Source: an uncultured euryarchaeote (GTDB lineage: Archaea; Thermoplasmatota; Poseidoniia; Poseidoniales; Poseidoniaceae). From it: a DNA stretch of 64,000 nucleotides. The position numbers and the translations under genes were made by a program. Positions within the stretch are counted from its first letter, which is position 1. Each line of letters begins with the position of its first letter. The DNA is taken from NCBI GenBank assembly GCA_964001175.1, contig CAXFAS010000002.1, positions 66,780-130,779 on the forward strand. The letters are read 5' to 3'. Under the pieces are notes generated by a model. It ran no database searches and was not told the DNA's origin. It saw only the letters and a program-made list of their open reading frames with translations. Of the stretch, positions 56,057 through 64,000 are shown one piece after another.

Positions 56057-57217
56057 TTATGCAGAGGCGCCAATACCAGACTCTATTTGACGAGTAGACA
56101 TTGGCTTATTGGCAATCCATTCTTTCTCGAAAAGTTGTTTTAACAATTCTTCATCTTCTTTTGTAGGTAGATTGTTATTGATGTAATTTTGCCATTCTTC
56201 ATCAGAACCTTCAAATTTAGAGCCATCGGTATTGTGTCTTTGTTTTTTGGTAACTCCAATATCTCTGTTGAAGTTTTCATGAGGAACATAGAGCTTTATG
56301 GCGCCTTCAGGCAAGTATTTGTTTAGTTTTTCAACTTCTCTAACTATTTCTTCATGATAGTGACCTCTTGCTTCTTCGTTTAGAGTTTCTTTGTCGACTT
56401 CAATTCCAGATTCCAATTTCTTTCTTTCATCCCATCTTCCTTTAATTCCCCAGACATAAGCCCAGTGAGCCGAAGAAGATGCATCTACTCCGAATAGGTC
56501 ATGAGCAGTGGATGCCCACTTGTTGATATATCTTTGAAGTAAGTCCAGAGGAATTACGCCTGCCTTGATTATTCTTCTAAGGCCATTAGATCCAGTTCCA
56601 AGGTGGAATGATTCCTCCTTAAGCATAGGACCCATGGAGGCTGCCAATGGTTTGAATGCAGATGTTGAGAGCATTCCCAATTGGAATTTGCCATCTCTAT
56701 CTACAAACATAGTGTAGCAGAAGAAGTCTAACCAGTGCGGCATTGGTCTGTTGAATGCACCAAGTAATCTGTCTCCATCTTGTGCATTTCTCTCCAATAG
56801 TTTCTGAGCCTCACGGCGTCCTTGTTGACCAAAGTATGTCATCAACAGATATGCCATTTGCCATCCATGTCTTTGTTCTTCAGCCATAATCCTAGCAGCA
56901 GCATATCTGTCATAATCAGTTGGTGCCGTGGCTAGAAGGTGTCTTTGTTGTTCAACCGATGCAAATTCAGTGTCGCCTTGAACAGTAATCATAGTGATTA
57001 GAGCATCACGCATACTTTGGTGAGGAACTTGAAGGGATCTTTCCCACTTTGCTCTGCCTCCATAATCGCCATATTCGATGGTATCACCTGCTCTATCCCA
57101 GTCGAACTGAATAGAAAGGTCGAAATCACCTAACCAGCTTTTATCGAATCCAACTCTATCTTGCCATTCTTCAAAGTTTGCAATCCAGTCTTCCCATGTT
57201 GTCGGTAGGTTGTCCAT
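56057..57217 (-). CDS. PaaA/BoxB-family ferritin-fold di-iron oxygenase-like protein
   Basis: Two ExxH motifs in predicted helices: IMAEEQRHGWQM and GPMLKEESFHLGTG (compare E. coli PaaA ...DEAGHG... and ...CKEESFHQRQG). Confidence 0.6.
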   Translation of the reverse strand: MDNLPTTWEDWIANFEEWQDRVGFDKSWLGDFDLSIQFDWDRAGDTIEYGDYGGRAKWERSLQVPHQSMRDALITMITVQGDTEFASVEQQRHLLATAPTDYDRYAAARIMAEEQRHGWQMAYLLMTYFGQQGRREAQKLLERNAQDGDRLLGAFNRPMPHWLDFFCYTMFVDRDGKFQLGMLSTSAFKPLAASMGPMLKEESFHLGTGSNGLRRIIKAGVIPLDLLQRYINKWASTAHDLFGVDASSSAHWAYVWGIKGRWDERKKLESGIEVDKETLNEEARGHYHEEIVREVEKLNKYLPEGAIKLYVPHENFNRDIGVTKKQRHNTDGSKFEGSDEEWQNYINNNLPTKEDEELLKQLFEKEWIANKPMSTRQIESGIGASA

Positions 57218-57267
57218 GACAATGGGATAGAGGGGTTATCCTTATTGTCTTTGCGAACATGTTCGTA

Positions 57268-57882
57268 TCAAACAAATATCTCTTGGTAATACTTGTCGAT
57301 AACCTTGCATTCTATGGAATGTAACATTACTGAAAGAGTCGACTTGGAGATTCCTAATTCTACAGATAAATCTGTTAGCGTTATTTTCCTTGGTGCAGCC
57401 CAATATCCTCTACGTAAAGCTAATTCAAAGACTTCTCTTTGCCTAGAAGTGAGTAGTTTTTCTTGATTTGAACGAGTTGACTTAAGTCTCATCTGAATTT
57501 TTTGTAATTCTATTTCTTTTACCAATTGTTTGGCTTGCTCAGTTGAACATTGAATGGTCCAGTCAGCCCAACCGTCTATTACATCGAAAGGAGTTCTTGG
57601 AACCACGCCAACTATTCTAAGAGGTTTGATGAAACCACCTCCACCGCTAGCTATTGTTACACTTGCTTTATTGTCGCCAAGAAAATTAACCCTCTCAACA
57701 CCTCTCAAGTTTTCTAAGTCTGATAGTAATTCTTGTTCAGCAGCAATTTGTGCAGTTCCTCTGCCTTTTCCTAATGGCATTGTTTCTATTATCTGTAAAA
57801 CCGTATTTGGATTATTCCTTGTTACTTCACCAGCCCAATGATCGTCAGGTAGGCGAACTTCAATTCTAACAATTTGAGACAT
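57268..57882 (-). CDS. HTH_10 (Bat-type) DNA-binding transcriptional regulator
   Basis: C-terminal LTSRQREVFELALRRGYWAAPRKITLTDLSVELGISKSTLSVMLHSIECKV. The ATG at 57882 avoids overlap with glpX. Confidence 0.65.
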   Translation of the reverse strand: MSQIVRIEVRLPDDHWAGEVTRNNPNTVLQIIETMPLGKGRGTAQIAAEQELLSDLENLRGVERVNFLGDNKASVTIASGGGGFIKPLRIVGVVPRTPFDVIDGWADWTIQCSTEQAKQLVKEIELQKIQMRLKSTRSNQEKLLTSRQREVFELALRRGYWAAPRKITLTDLSVELGISKSTLSVMLHSIECKVIDKYYQEIFV

Positions 57883-57886
57883 GTAA

Positions 57887-58843
57887 TCACAGACTATGGA
57901 TACGATCGTGCCTTGATAGTTGTTTACTTTCAACATCAATCATTTCTGAGAAGGTCGATACAGTACCATTACTGTTCATTTTTACGCCAGGCAAATAACC
58001 ATCACATACTCCGGATGCAACAAAAATAGCATCTTCGGATTTACACAAATCTTTAGCATCCCATAATCTTGTTAAATCATCATTAACCATGTTTTTTGCT
58101 CTAGCCTTCTCTTCATCGGAACGAAATACGAGTCGCCCTTCAAAAACTCCTCCGATACCTCTGATTGCAGTGGCGGTAATGACTCCTTCAGGTGCCGCCC
58201 CTATTCCAAGTAACATGTCGTGTTCTCCTTCAGGTCTTGCAGCCCATAGTGCAGCGGAAATATCCCCGTCTCCAAGAAGATGTAATTGAGCGCCCATACT
58301 CTTTACTTCTTTGAATAAATCATTGTGCCTTGGCCTATCCAGGGCAATTATTCTAACCTCTTCAATAGGTTTATCCAGTACTGAAGCAACTTGCTCAATA
58401 TTGTATGCAACCCCGCCATCGAGGCTTATGTGACCTTCCATTTCTGGGCCTGCAGCAATTTTATCCATGTAACAATCAGGTGCATGTAGCAGAGTACCTC
58501 TTGGTGCGGCTGCAAGTACAGCAATAGAATTGGGTAAGTTATCTGCACAGTTATTGGTACACTCTAGTGGATCAACTGCAATATCTATTGCAGCGACATC
58601 TGGATTGCCAATTTCACATCCGAGTTGTTCTCCAATGTACAGCATAGGTGCTTCATCTCTTTCTCCTTCACCTATTGCAACTCTTCCATCGAATGGGACA
58701 TTATCAAAAGTAATCCTCATGGCTTCTACAGCAGCTGCGTCAGCAGCCATCTTATCGCCCTTACCTCGCCATTTTGCGCTTGCTATTGCCGCTTGATCTA
58801 CGGCTTCTAAGAAATGATTTGCTAGGTCGGAAACTCTTCCCAT
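57887..58843 (-). CDS. glpX: class II fructose-1,6-bisphosphatase (GlpX type)
   Basis: AIASAKWRGKGDKMAADAAAVEAMR, AIGEGERDEAP, DIAVDPLECT, GDGDISAAL. Confidence 0.9.
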   Translation of the reverse strand: MGRVSDLANHFLEAVDQAAIASAKWRGKGDKMAADAAAVEAMRITFDNVPFDGRVAIGEGERDEAPMLYIGEQLGCEIGNPDVAAIDIAVDPLECTNNCADNLPNSIAVLAAAPRGTLLHAPDCYMDKIAAGPEMEGHISLDGGVAYNIEQVASVLDKPIEEVRIIALDRPRHNDLFKEVKSMGAQLHLLGDGDISAALWAARPEGEHDMLLGIGAAPEGVITATAIRGIGGVFEGRLVFRSDEEKARAKNMVNDDLTRLWDAKDLCKSEDAIFVASGVCDGYLPGVKMNSNGTVSTFSEMIDVESKQLSRHDRIHSL

Positions 58844-58888
58844 GGACGAATGCTGACGCGTCTATTCCATCAATGAAGCGGTCGTAAC

Positions 58889-59341
58889 TTATTTTGTTGA
58901 TTTGAATTTTTCAACAACCTGTATTTGAGAAATAATTGTATCTGGATATTGGCCATTACTGTCCTTTTCCAATGATTTAACCATATCTAGAGCACAAAGA
59001 AGACCGGCGCTTACACCGGTTAACGCTTCCATCTCAATGCCAGTTTTATAGTGTGCAGAAACTGTTACTGTACAGCGTAAATTATCGCCTTCCCATGACC
59101 ATTCAACATTGCAACCCTCTAAAGGAATAGGATGACAGTGTGGAATTATTCTCGGAGTTTCCTTTACCGCTTGAATAGCAGCAATGGTTGAAGCTTGAAG
59201 AACATCTCCTTTAGCGACACGATTATTCTTTATTGCATCAACAGAATCTGTAGAGAGTTTTAGTAATCCTGTGGCTGTCGCCCTTCTTTTGACGTTTGGC
59301 TTATCTCCAATTTCTACTATCGCATCAATTTTCTCATTCAT
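58889..59341 (-). CDS. moaC: cyclic pyranopterin monophosphate synthase accessory protein MoaC
   Basis: AKGDVLQASTIAAIQAVKETPRIIPHCHPIPL, KTGIEMEALTGVSAGLLCALDMVKS. Confidence 0.9.
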   Translation of the reverse strand: MNEKIDAIVEIGDKPNVKRRATATGLLKLSTDSVDAIKNNRVAKGDVLQASTIAAIQAVKETPRIIPHCHPIPLEGCNVEWSWEGDNLRCTVTVSAHYKTGIEMEALTGVSAGLLCALDMVKSLEKDSNGQYPDTIISQIQVVEKFKSTK

Positions 59342-59352
59342 TTAAACACATC

Positions 59353-59778
59353 CTAACCTAATCCTGCTTTCCACTGAACACCTTTGTCAGTAACTTCTTT
59401 TTTCCAGAGTGGGGCTTGCTTTTTCAATTCATCTATCAGCCATTCACAAGCCTTGAATGCAGGTTTTCTGTGTGCACTACCGACATGTATAGCTACTATA
59501 TCTTCACTTGCTTTGACAATTCCAACTCTATGAGCCATCGCTACGCTAAGAACTTGAAAGTTTTCTATTGCTTGGACGGCTAATTGATTTAGAACGATGG
59601 GTAGTCTTTCTAACCAAGCATCGAATTCTAATTGTATGACATTTGAATCATCGTTCTTCGATCTAGTAATCCCTAAAAAAGATACAACTGCACCGCAACC
59701 GTCAAGATTCATTCTACTTTTTAGTCCATCGGCATCAATAGTATCATGGGCATTTTCAATCAAAATATGCCCGGTCAT
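59353..59778 (-). CDS. moaE: molybdopterin synthase catalytic subunit MoaE
   Basis: GAVVSFLGITR, AHRVGIV, VGSAHRKPAFKACEWLIDELKKQAPLWKKE. Alternative ATG at 59799. Confidence 0.85.
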   Translation of the reverse strand: MTGHILIENAHDTIDADGLKSRMNLDGCGAVVSFLGITRSKNDDSNVIQLEFDAWLERLPIVLNQLAVQAIENFQVLSVAMAHRVGIVKASEDIVAIHVGSAHRKPAFKACEWLIDELKKQAPLWKKEVTDKGVQWKAGLG

Positions 59779-59830
59779 GTGTCTGCGAAGTAAACGCATA
59801 ATTCAAACCTCACTCATACATGCGACAATC

Positions 59831-61084
59831 ATGAGCGGAGATGAGCCGGTACAAATCATGGGGGCGGGGCTTTCAGGATTAGCGGCTGCAACTATACTTG
59901 CTAAAGCAGGTAGAGAAGTACATGTTCACGATATTAGAAATGATTCAGGTGCCCGTTTTGACGGTGATTTCCAAGCCTTGGAAAATTGGAGTATGGGTGT
60001 TGATTTCTTCGAACAATTGAAGGAATGGGGATTTGATACGGAGGAGTTTAAAGCAACAGAATTTAATGTAGTAGATTTGATTCATCCTGATGATAAAATC
60101 ACTCAAGCCGAATCTGCTAAAGTTGCTTACAGAATAGTTGAAAGAGGCACCTCATCTCACACTATTGACCAAGGAATCAAACGTCAAGCAATCGCTGCTG
60201 GAGTAAAAATCCACTATAAATCCAGAGTTAAAGAAGAAGATTGCCATATTATCGCCTGTGGTCCTAAGGGTACATCAGCTGTCGCTTATGGGGAGATTTT
60301 TGAAACAGACCATCCTAACCATATAGGCTTTCAATTGAATGATAAATTAGCGCCAGGGGCTTATTCTTATCTGATTATAATCGATGGTATCGGTCTAATA
60401 TGCACTTGTCTTTGGAGGAAACAGAAGAAAAGTGATAGGTTCTTGAACGAAACAATTGCTTGGTATGAAAGAAATTATCCAAATTTAAATCGTAAACCAA
60501 TCAAACGAGTTGGAGGGAAAGGAGATTTTACAATTAACCGTAACTACAAGCAAGATGGACGTTACTATGTTGGTGAATCCGGAGGGCTTCAAGATTTCAT
60601 GTGGGGATTTGGAATGAGAATGGCTGTTTGGTCTGGGGTGCTTGCCGCCAAAGATATTCTTGGAGAATGTGACTACGAAGTTGAAGTTAGGAAGCAACTA
60701 ATGCCTTATGTTAGGACTAGCGTTTCTAATAGATGGCTCATGAATAGAGTCGGAGATAGAATGTTCAAAAGAATGTGCACAAATTGGATGAAAGATCAAA
60801 AGAAACGTGGCGATGGTTTAATTTGGATTGGAAAATTATTCCAGCCAACATTTTTCAAGAAATTACTTTACCACTTTGTTACTCCTTTCATGCTGAAAAA
60901 AGACCCTAAATCTATGGGTAGGGGAGTTAAGAGAATGCCATTTAGAAAAGCGAAAAAGCGAGATTACTGGGTACAGTCAGAAGCAGCAGAAGATGTTGCT
61001 AAACAATGGGATTTAATTCGGCGTAAGGGGGGAAATACTTCCTTTGAGGAAGATTCCGATTCTCCCTCGATTCCGAGTAAATAG
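59831..61084 (+). CDS. FAD-dependent oxidoreductase (geranylgeranyl-reductase / aromatic-hydroxylase-like fold) with basic C-terminal extension
   Basis: IMGAGLSGLAAATILAKAGREVHVHD dinucleotide-binding motif. The ATG at 59831 avoids the moaE antisense overlap of the longer ORF. Confidence 0.65.
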   Translation: MSGDEPVQIMGAGLSGLAAATILAKAGREVHVHDIRNDSGARFDGDFQALENWSMGVDFFEQLKEWGFDTEEFKATEFNVVDLIHPDDKITQAESAKVAYRIVERGTSSHTIDQGIKRQAIAAGVKIHYKSRVKEEDCHIIACGPKGTSAVAYGEIFETDHPNHIGFQLNDKLAPGAYSYLIIIDGIGLICTCLWRKQKKSDRFLNETIAWYERNYPNLNRKPIKRVGGKGDFTINRNYKQDGRYYVGESGGLQDFMWGFGMRMAVWSGVLAAKDILGECDYEVEVRKQLMPYVRTSVSNRWLMNRVGDRMFKRMCTNWMKDQKKRGDGLIWIGKLFQPTFFKKLLYHFVTPFMLKKDPKSMGRGVKRMPFRKAKKRDYWVQSEAAEDVAKQWDLIRRKGGNTSFEEDSDSPSIPSK

Positions 61085-61125
61085 TGTGCGATTTGTTCTT
61101 AATGTATCTCCTTTTGGCTTAATTT

Positions 61126-61992
61126 ATGAGCGACCTTTATGGATTGAAACTGGAGCCTATGGCTAATAAATTAGTAAATTACGGAGTAACAAATAATGGA
61201 ATTGCAGTTATTGAACTGACTTCTGATTCAGCGGGTGCGCCGCTTGAAGGTCCAAACGACCGTTCCCCTAACACATATACTCACGGAATGATGCGTGATA
61301 TTGATGAAGCGATTGTTAAAGCGAGATTCGATGATGATGTCACCTGTATTGTTCTAACTGGAAATGGTGCCTCTTTCTTTTCTGCCGGAGCATCCATCCA
61401 GATGCTTAACAGTGTCACTCCTGGTTTCAAGTATAATTTCTGCCTACACGCTAATGAGACCCTTTCTCGTCTTGAACAAACTGCAAAATTAGTTATCTGT
61501 GCGATTAACGGTCATGCAGTTGGTGGTGGTCTAGAAATTGCTATGGCTGCAGATATCAGAATTGCAAGAAAAAATGCTGGTAAAGTCGGACTTCCTGAAA
61601 TAAACCTCGGAGTTTTAGCAGGAACTGGTGGGACTGCACGTTTAACAAGATTAATCGGAAAAGCAAAAGCGCTTGAGATGATGGTTACTGGCGAACTAAT
61701 GTCTTTCGAGGATGCACATTCTTGCAATCTAATTAATCATATTTGGGAAGGTAGTCCTGAGGATTTCAGAAGAGATATTCTTGATTGGTGCTCTCAATTC
61801 ACACTTCCAAATAAGGCTGTTAAGGCTGTAGGTAATATCAAGAGGTCTTGTCAAACAGGTCCTGAGATTCCTTTCGAATACCATTTGGCATTAGAGAGAG
61901 AGTTACAGGCTGCATTGTTTAACAGTAGTGATGCTAAGGAAGGAATTGCAGCATACGTAGAAAAGAGAGTTGCGAACTTCACTGGAAACTGA
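61126..61992 (+). CDS. enoyl-CoA hydratase/isomerase (crotonase) family
   Basis: FFSAGASI, AINGHAVGGGLEIAMAAD, PEINLGVLAGTGGTARL. Confidence 0.85.
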   Translation: MSDLYGLKLEPMANKLVNYGVTNNGIAVIELTSDSAGAPLEGPNDRSPNTYTHGMMRDIDEAIVKARFDDDVTCIVLTGNGASFFSAGASIQMLNSVTPGFKYNFCLHANETLSRLEQTAKLVICAINGHAVGGGLEIAMAADIRIARKNAGKVGLPEINLGVLAGTGGTARLTRLIGKAKALEMMVTGELMSFEDAHSCNLINHIWEGSPEDFRRDILDWCSQFTLPNKAVKAVGNIKRSCQTGPEIPFEYHLALERELQAALFNSSDAKEGIAAYVEKRVANFTGN

Positions 61993-62011
61993 ACCAATAA
62001 TAGGTGATAAA

Positions 62012-62941
62012 ATGTCAAAATACCATGTTCCAGCAGATGTTCCTGACGAGTTAGTAGGGACATTCATTCAAAATATGGATGCAGCTACTGCTGGTACAGG
62101 TAAGATGAACCTATTTGCATGTGATCAGAAAATTGAACACTTGAATGATGATTTTTATGATGGTGATGAGGTCATACCTTTGTCTTCTAATGACCCTGAG
62201 CATTTATTTCAGATTGGTCAGAGATGTCATGAGGAAGGTACAATTGGTGTTCTTGCAGGACAATTAGGTTTGATTTCTCACTATGCAAGAGATTATCCTG
62301 AAATTCCTTATTTGGTAAAATTAAATTCTAAATCTCACCTAGTTAAGAAGGGTCAGAGAGATCCAATCTCTCAAGCATTGTGGGATATGGATGATGTAAT
62401 GTCTCTAGTTCACAATGGCATAAATGTTGTTGGAATAGGTTACACAATTTACGTAGGTAGTGAATTTGAGCATGAAATGCTTTCTGAAGCAGCACAATTT
62501 ATTCGTCAAGCTCATGAGTTGGGTATGATTTCAGTTGTTTGGATGTATCCGCGAGGTAAGGCGGTAAGCGATGAGAAAGATCCACAATTAATCTCCGGTG
62601 CTGCTGGAGTTGCGACTTGTATTGGTGCGGACTTTGCCAAAGTTAACTATCCTACTGCATGGGAAGGTATGACGCCATCGGAATCTCTTGCAGTTGCTTC
62701 ACAAGCCTCTGGTCGGACAGGAATTATTTGTTCAGGTGGAGGTTCATTACCTCCAGAGCAGTTCCTTCAGAGATTGTGGGACCAGATGAATACCGGTGGT
62801 TGCAGAGGTGCTGCTACTGGACGTAATATTCATCAAAAGGAAACCGAAGAGGCAGTAAGAATGACTGCTGCATGCCATGCAATAATTTGCGAGGAAGCTT
62901 CTGTCGAAACAGCACTTTCAATATTTAATGGAGTTCAATAG
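62012..62941 (+). CDS. fbaB: class I fructose-bisphosphate aldolase, FbaB/DhnA type
   Basis: YLVKLNSKSH, GYTIYVGSEFE, AHELGMISVVWMYPRG, GADFAKVNYP parallel E. coli FbaB (FLVKLN, GATIYFGSE, AHELGM). GGTGA lies 4 nt upstream of the ATG. Confidence 0.8.
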   Translation: MSKYHVPADVPDELVGTFIQNMDAATAGTGKMNLFACDQKIEHLNDDFYDGDEVIPLSSNDPEHLFQIGQRCHEEGTIGVLAGQLGLISHYARDYPEIPYLVKLNSKSHLVKKGQRDPISQALWDMDDVMSLVHNGINVVGIGYTIYVGSEFEHEMLSEAAQFIRQAHELGMISVVWMYPRGKAVSDEKDPQLISGAAGVATCIGADFAKVNYPTAWEGMTPSESLAVASQASGRTGIICSGGGSLPPEQFLQRLWDQMNTGGCRGAATGRNIHQKETEEAVRMTAACHAIICEEASVETALSIFNGVQ

Positions 62942-62971
62942 TTCCAAAAAAGATAACCTTTACCGGTAGTT

Positions 62972-64000
62972 ATGGTGGAGATAAATCCTGACATCACAAA
63001 AGCCAGGACTTTATCTTCAAATTATTATACTGATAGTAAAATTTTTGATGATATTTTATCAAAATTCGGAAGTTATTGGCAATATGTTGGGCATACTTCT
63101 CAATTCGAAGACGGTATGGTAAAACCCTTGAAAATTGGTAATGAGCAAGTAATTATTTCGAAAACTGCAGATAATTTCTATTGTTTTTCAAATGTATGTA
63201 CGCATAGGGGGATGATTTTGTTAGGCGAAGAGGATTGCAAAAAAGCATTGATCTGCCCATATCACGGGAGAACATTTTCTATTGATGGAAAATTCAAGAA
63301 TATGCCAGAATTTGAAAAAGCTGAAAATTTTCCTACTGCTAAGGATGATCTTTCTCAGTTTAATATCAATATTTGGGGAAATATGCTCTTTACACTAATC
63401 AATCCAGAAAAAGAAACCAATAGTTGGTTTGATCATATTCAACAGAGAATGTCGTTTTTGGATATTGAAAATTTTTCATATGACTCCTCTAGAGAACGGA
63501 AATATACTATCAATGCAAATTGGATTCTTTACGTAGACAATTATCTAGAAGGATTTCACATCCCTTTTGTCCATAAAGAATTAAACAAGGCTTTGGATTA
63601 TGGTCAATATGAAACAGAATTGTTCACTGGTGGGGTATTACAAGTTGGTATTGCTGAAGATGGAGTGAATAGTTTTGATATACCAAAGGGACATCCAGAC
63701 TTTGGCAAAAATGTAGCTGCTTACTATTGGTGGGTTTATCCTAATTTAATGTTGAACTTTTACCCTTGGGGACTTTCAATGAATGTTATTAATCCGATTT
63801 CAGAAAGTGAAACAGAAGTTAGATATTATGGATTTGTTAATGATGAAGAATTATTGGGTCAAGGTGCAGGTGCTGATTTAGATAAAGTGGAACTAGAAGA
63901 TCAGTTCGTGGTTGAATCATGCCAAAAAGGAATGATGTCAAGTAATTATGATCATGGGAGATATTCCCCCACAATGGAGAGAGGTTTGCATCACTTTCAC
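62972..64000 (+). CDS. Rieske [2Fe-2S] non-heme-iron oxygenase alpha subunit, 3'-truncated by window edge
   Basis: CTHRG...CPYHG Rieske motif and DNYLEGFHIPFVH mononuclear-iron motif. Frame open from the ATG at 62972 to the end of the window (343 codons). Confidence 0.8.
   Translation, partial: MVEINPDITKARTLSSNYYTDSKIFDDILSKFGSYWQYVGHTSQFEDGMVKPLKIGNEQVIISKTADNFYCFSNVCTHRGMILLGEEDCKKALICPYHGRTFSIDGKFKNMPEFEKAENFPTAKDDLSQFNINIWGNMLFTLINPEKETNSWFDHIQQRMSFLDIENFSYDSSRERKYTINANWILYVDNYLEGFHIPFVHKELNKALDYGQYETELFTGGVLQVGIAEDGVNSFDIPKGHPDFGKNVAAYYWWVYPNLMLNFYPWGLSMNVINPISESETEVRYYGFVNDEELLGQGAGADLDKVELEDQFVVESCQKGMMSSNYDHGRYSPTMERGLHHFH

Noticed and set aside
1-64000. CRISPR arrays, rRNA genes, IS elements, toxin-antitoxin or recognisable defence systems
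   Set aside because: I saw none. The only tandem repeat is the coding EP array. All ORFs of 60 aa or more are accounted for either as genes or as overlapping artefacts.

Overview
Gene-dense, AT-rich chromosomal segment of an archaeon: about 62 protein genes and one tRNA, with almost no intergenic space. Several convergent gene pairs abut or overlap. Archaeal hallmarks visible in the translations are Alba, chromatin protein MC1, Hjc resolvase, Bud32 kinase, a Sec11-type signal peptidase, DacZ-type diadenylate cyclase, a presenilin/SPP-type protease, an Lhr helicase and a FlaI/FlaJ-type filament machinery. Combined with very large secreted proteins and several bacterial-type enzymes (ThrRS, GlpX, FbaB), this suggests an uncultivated marine Thermoplasmatota / Marine-Group-II-like euryarchaeon; that assignment is inference, not tested. 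Housekeeping genes include sdhB, serS, thrS, folC, nadA, moaC/moaE, dCMP deaminase, crcB and an ITPase. I saw no rRNA, CRISPR array, transposase or integrase. The most interesting content, in order: (1) a compact Tad/Epd-like type IV filament locus at 45.6-50.7 kb, with the platform protein split into two genes and two small pilin-like genes but no archaellins; (2) a presenilin-type intramembrane protease with a ~380-aa extracellular insertion; (3) a cysteine-free Mrp/NBP35 ATPase translationally coupled to a Cys-rich DUF971 protein; (4) a G+C-rich islet carrying the MC1 gene; (5) a CoA-thioester / di-iron oxygenase / Rieske oxygenase cluster at 51-64 kb; (6) several giant surface proteins and membrane enzymes fused to large extracellular domains. 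All functional calls come from reading motifs by eye. No searches were run.
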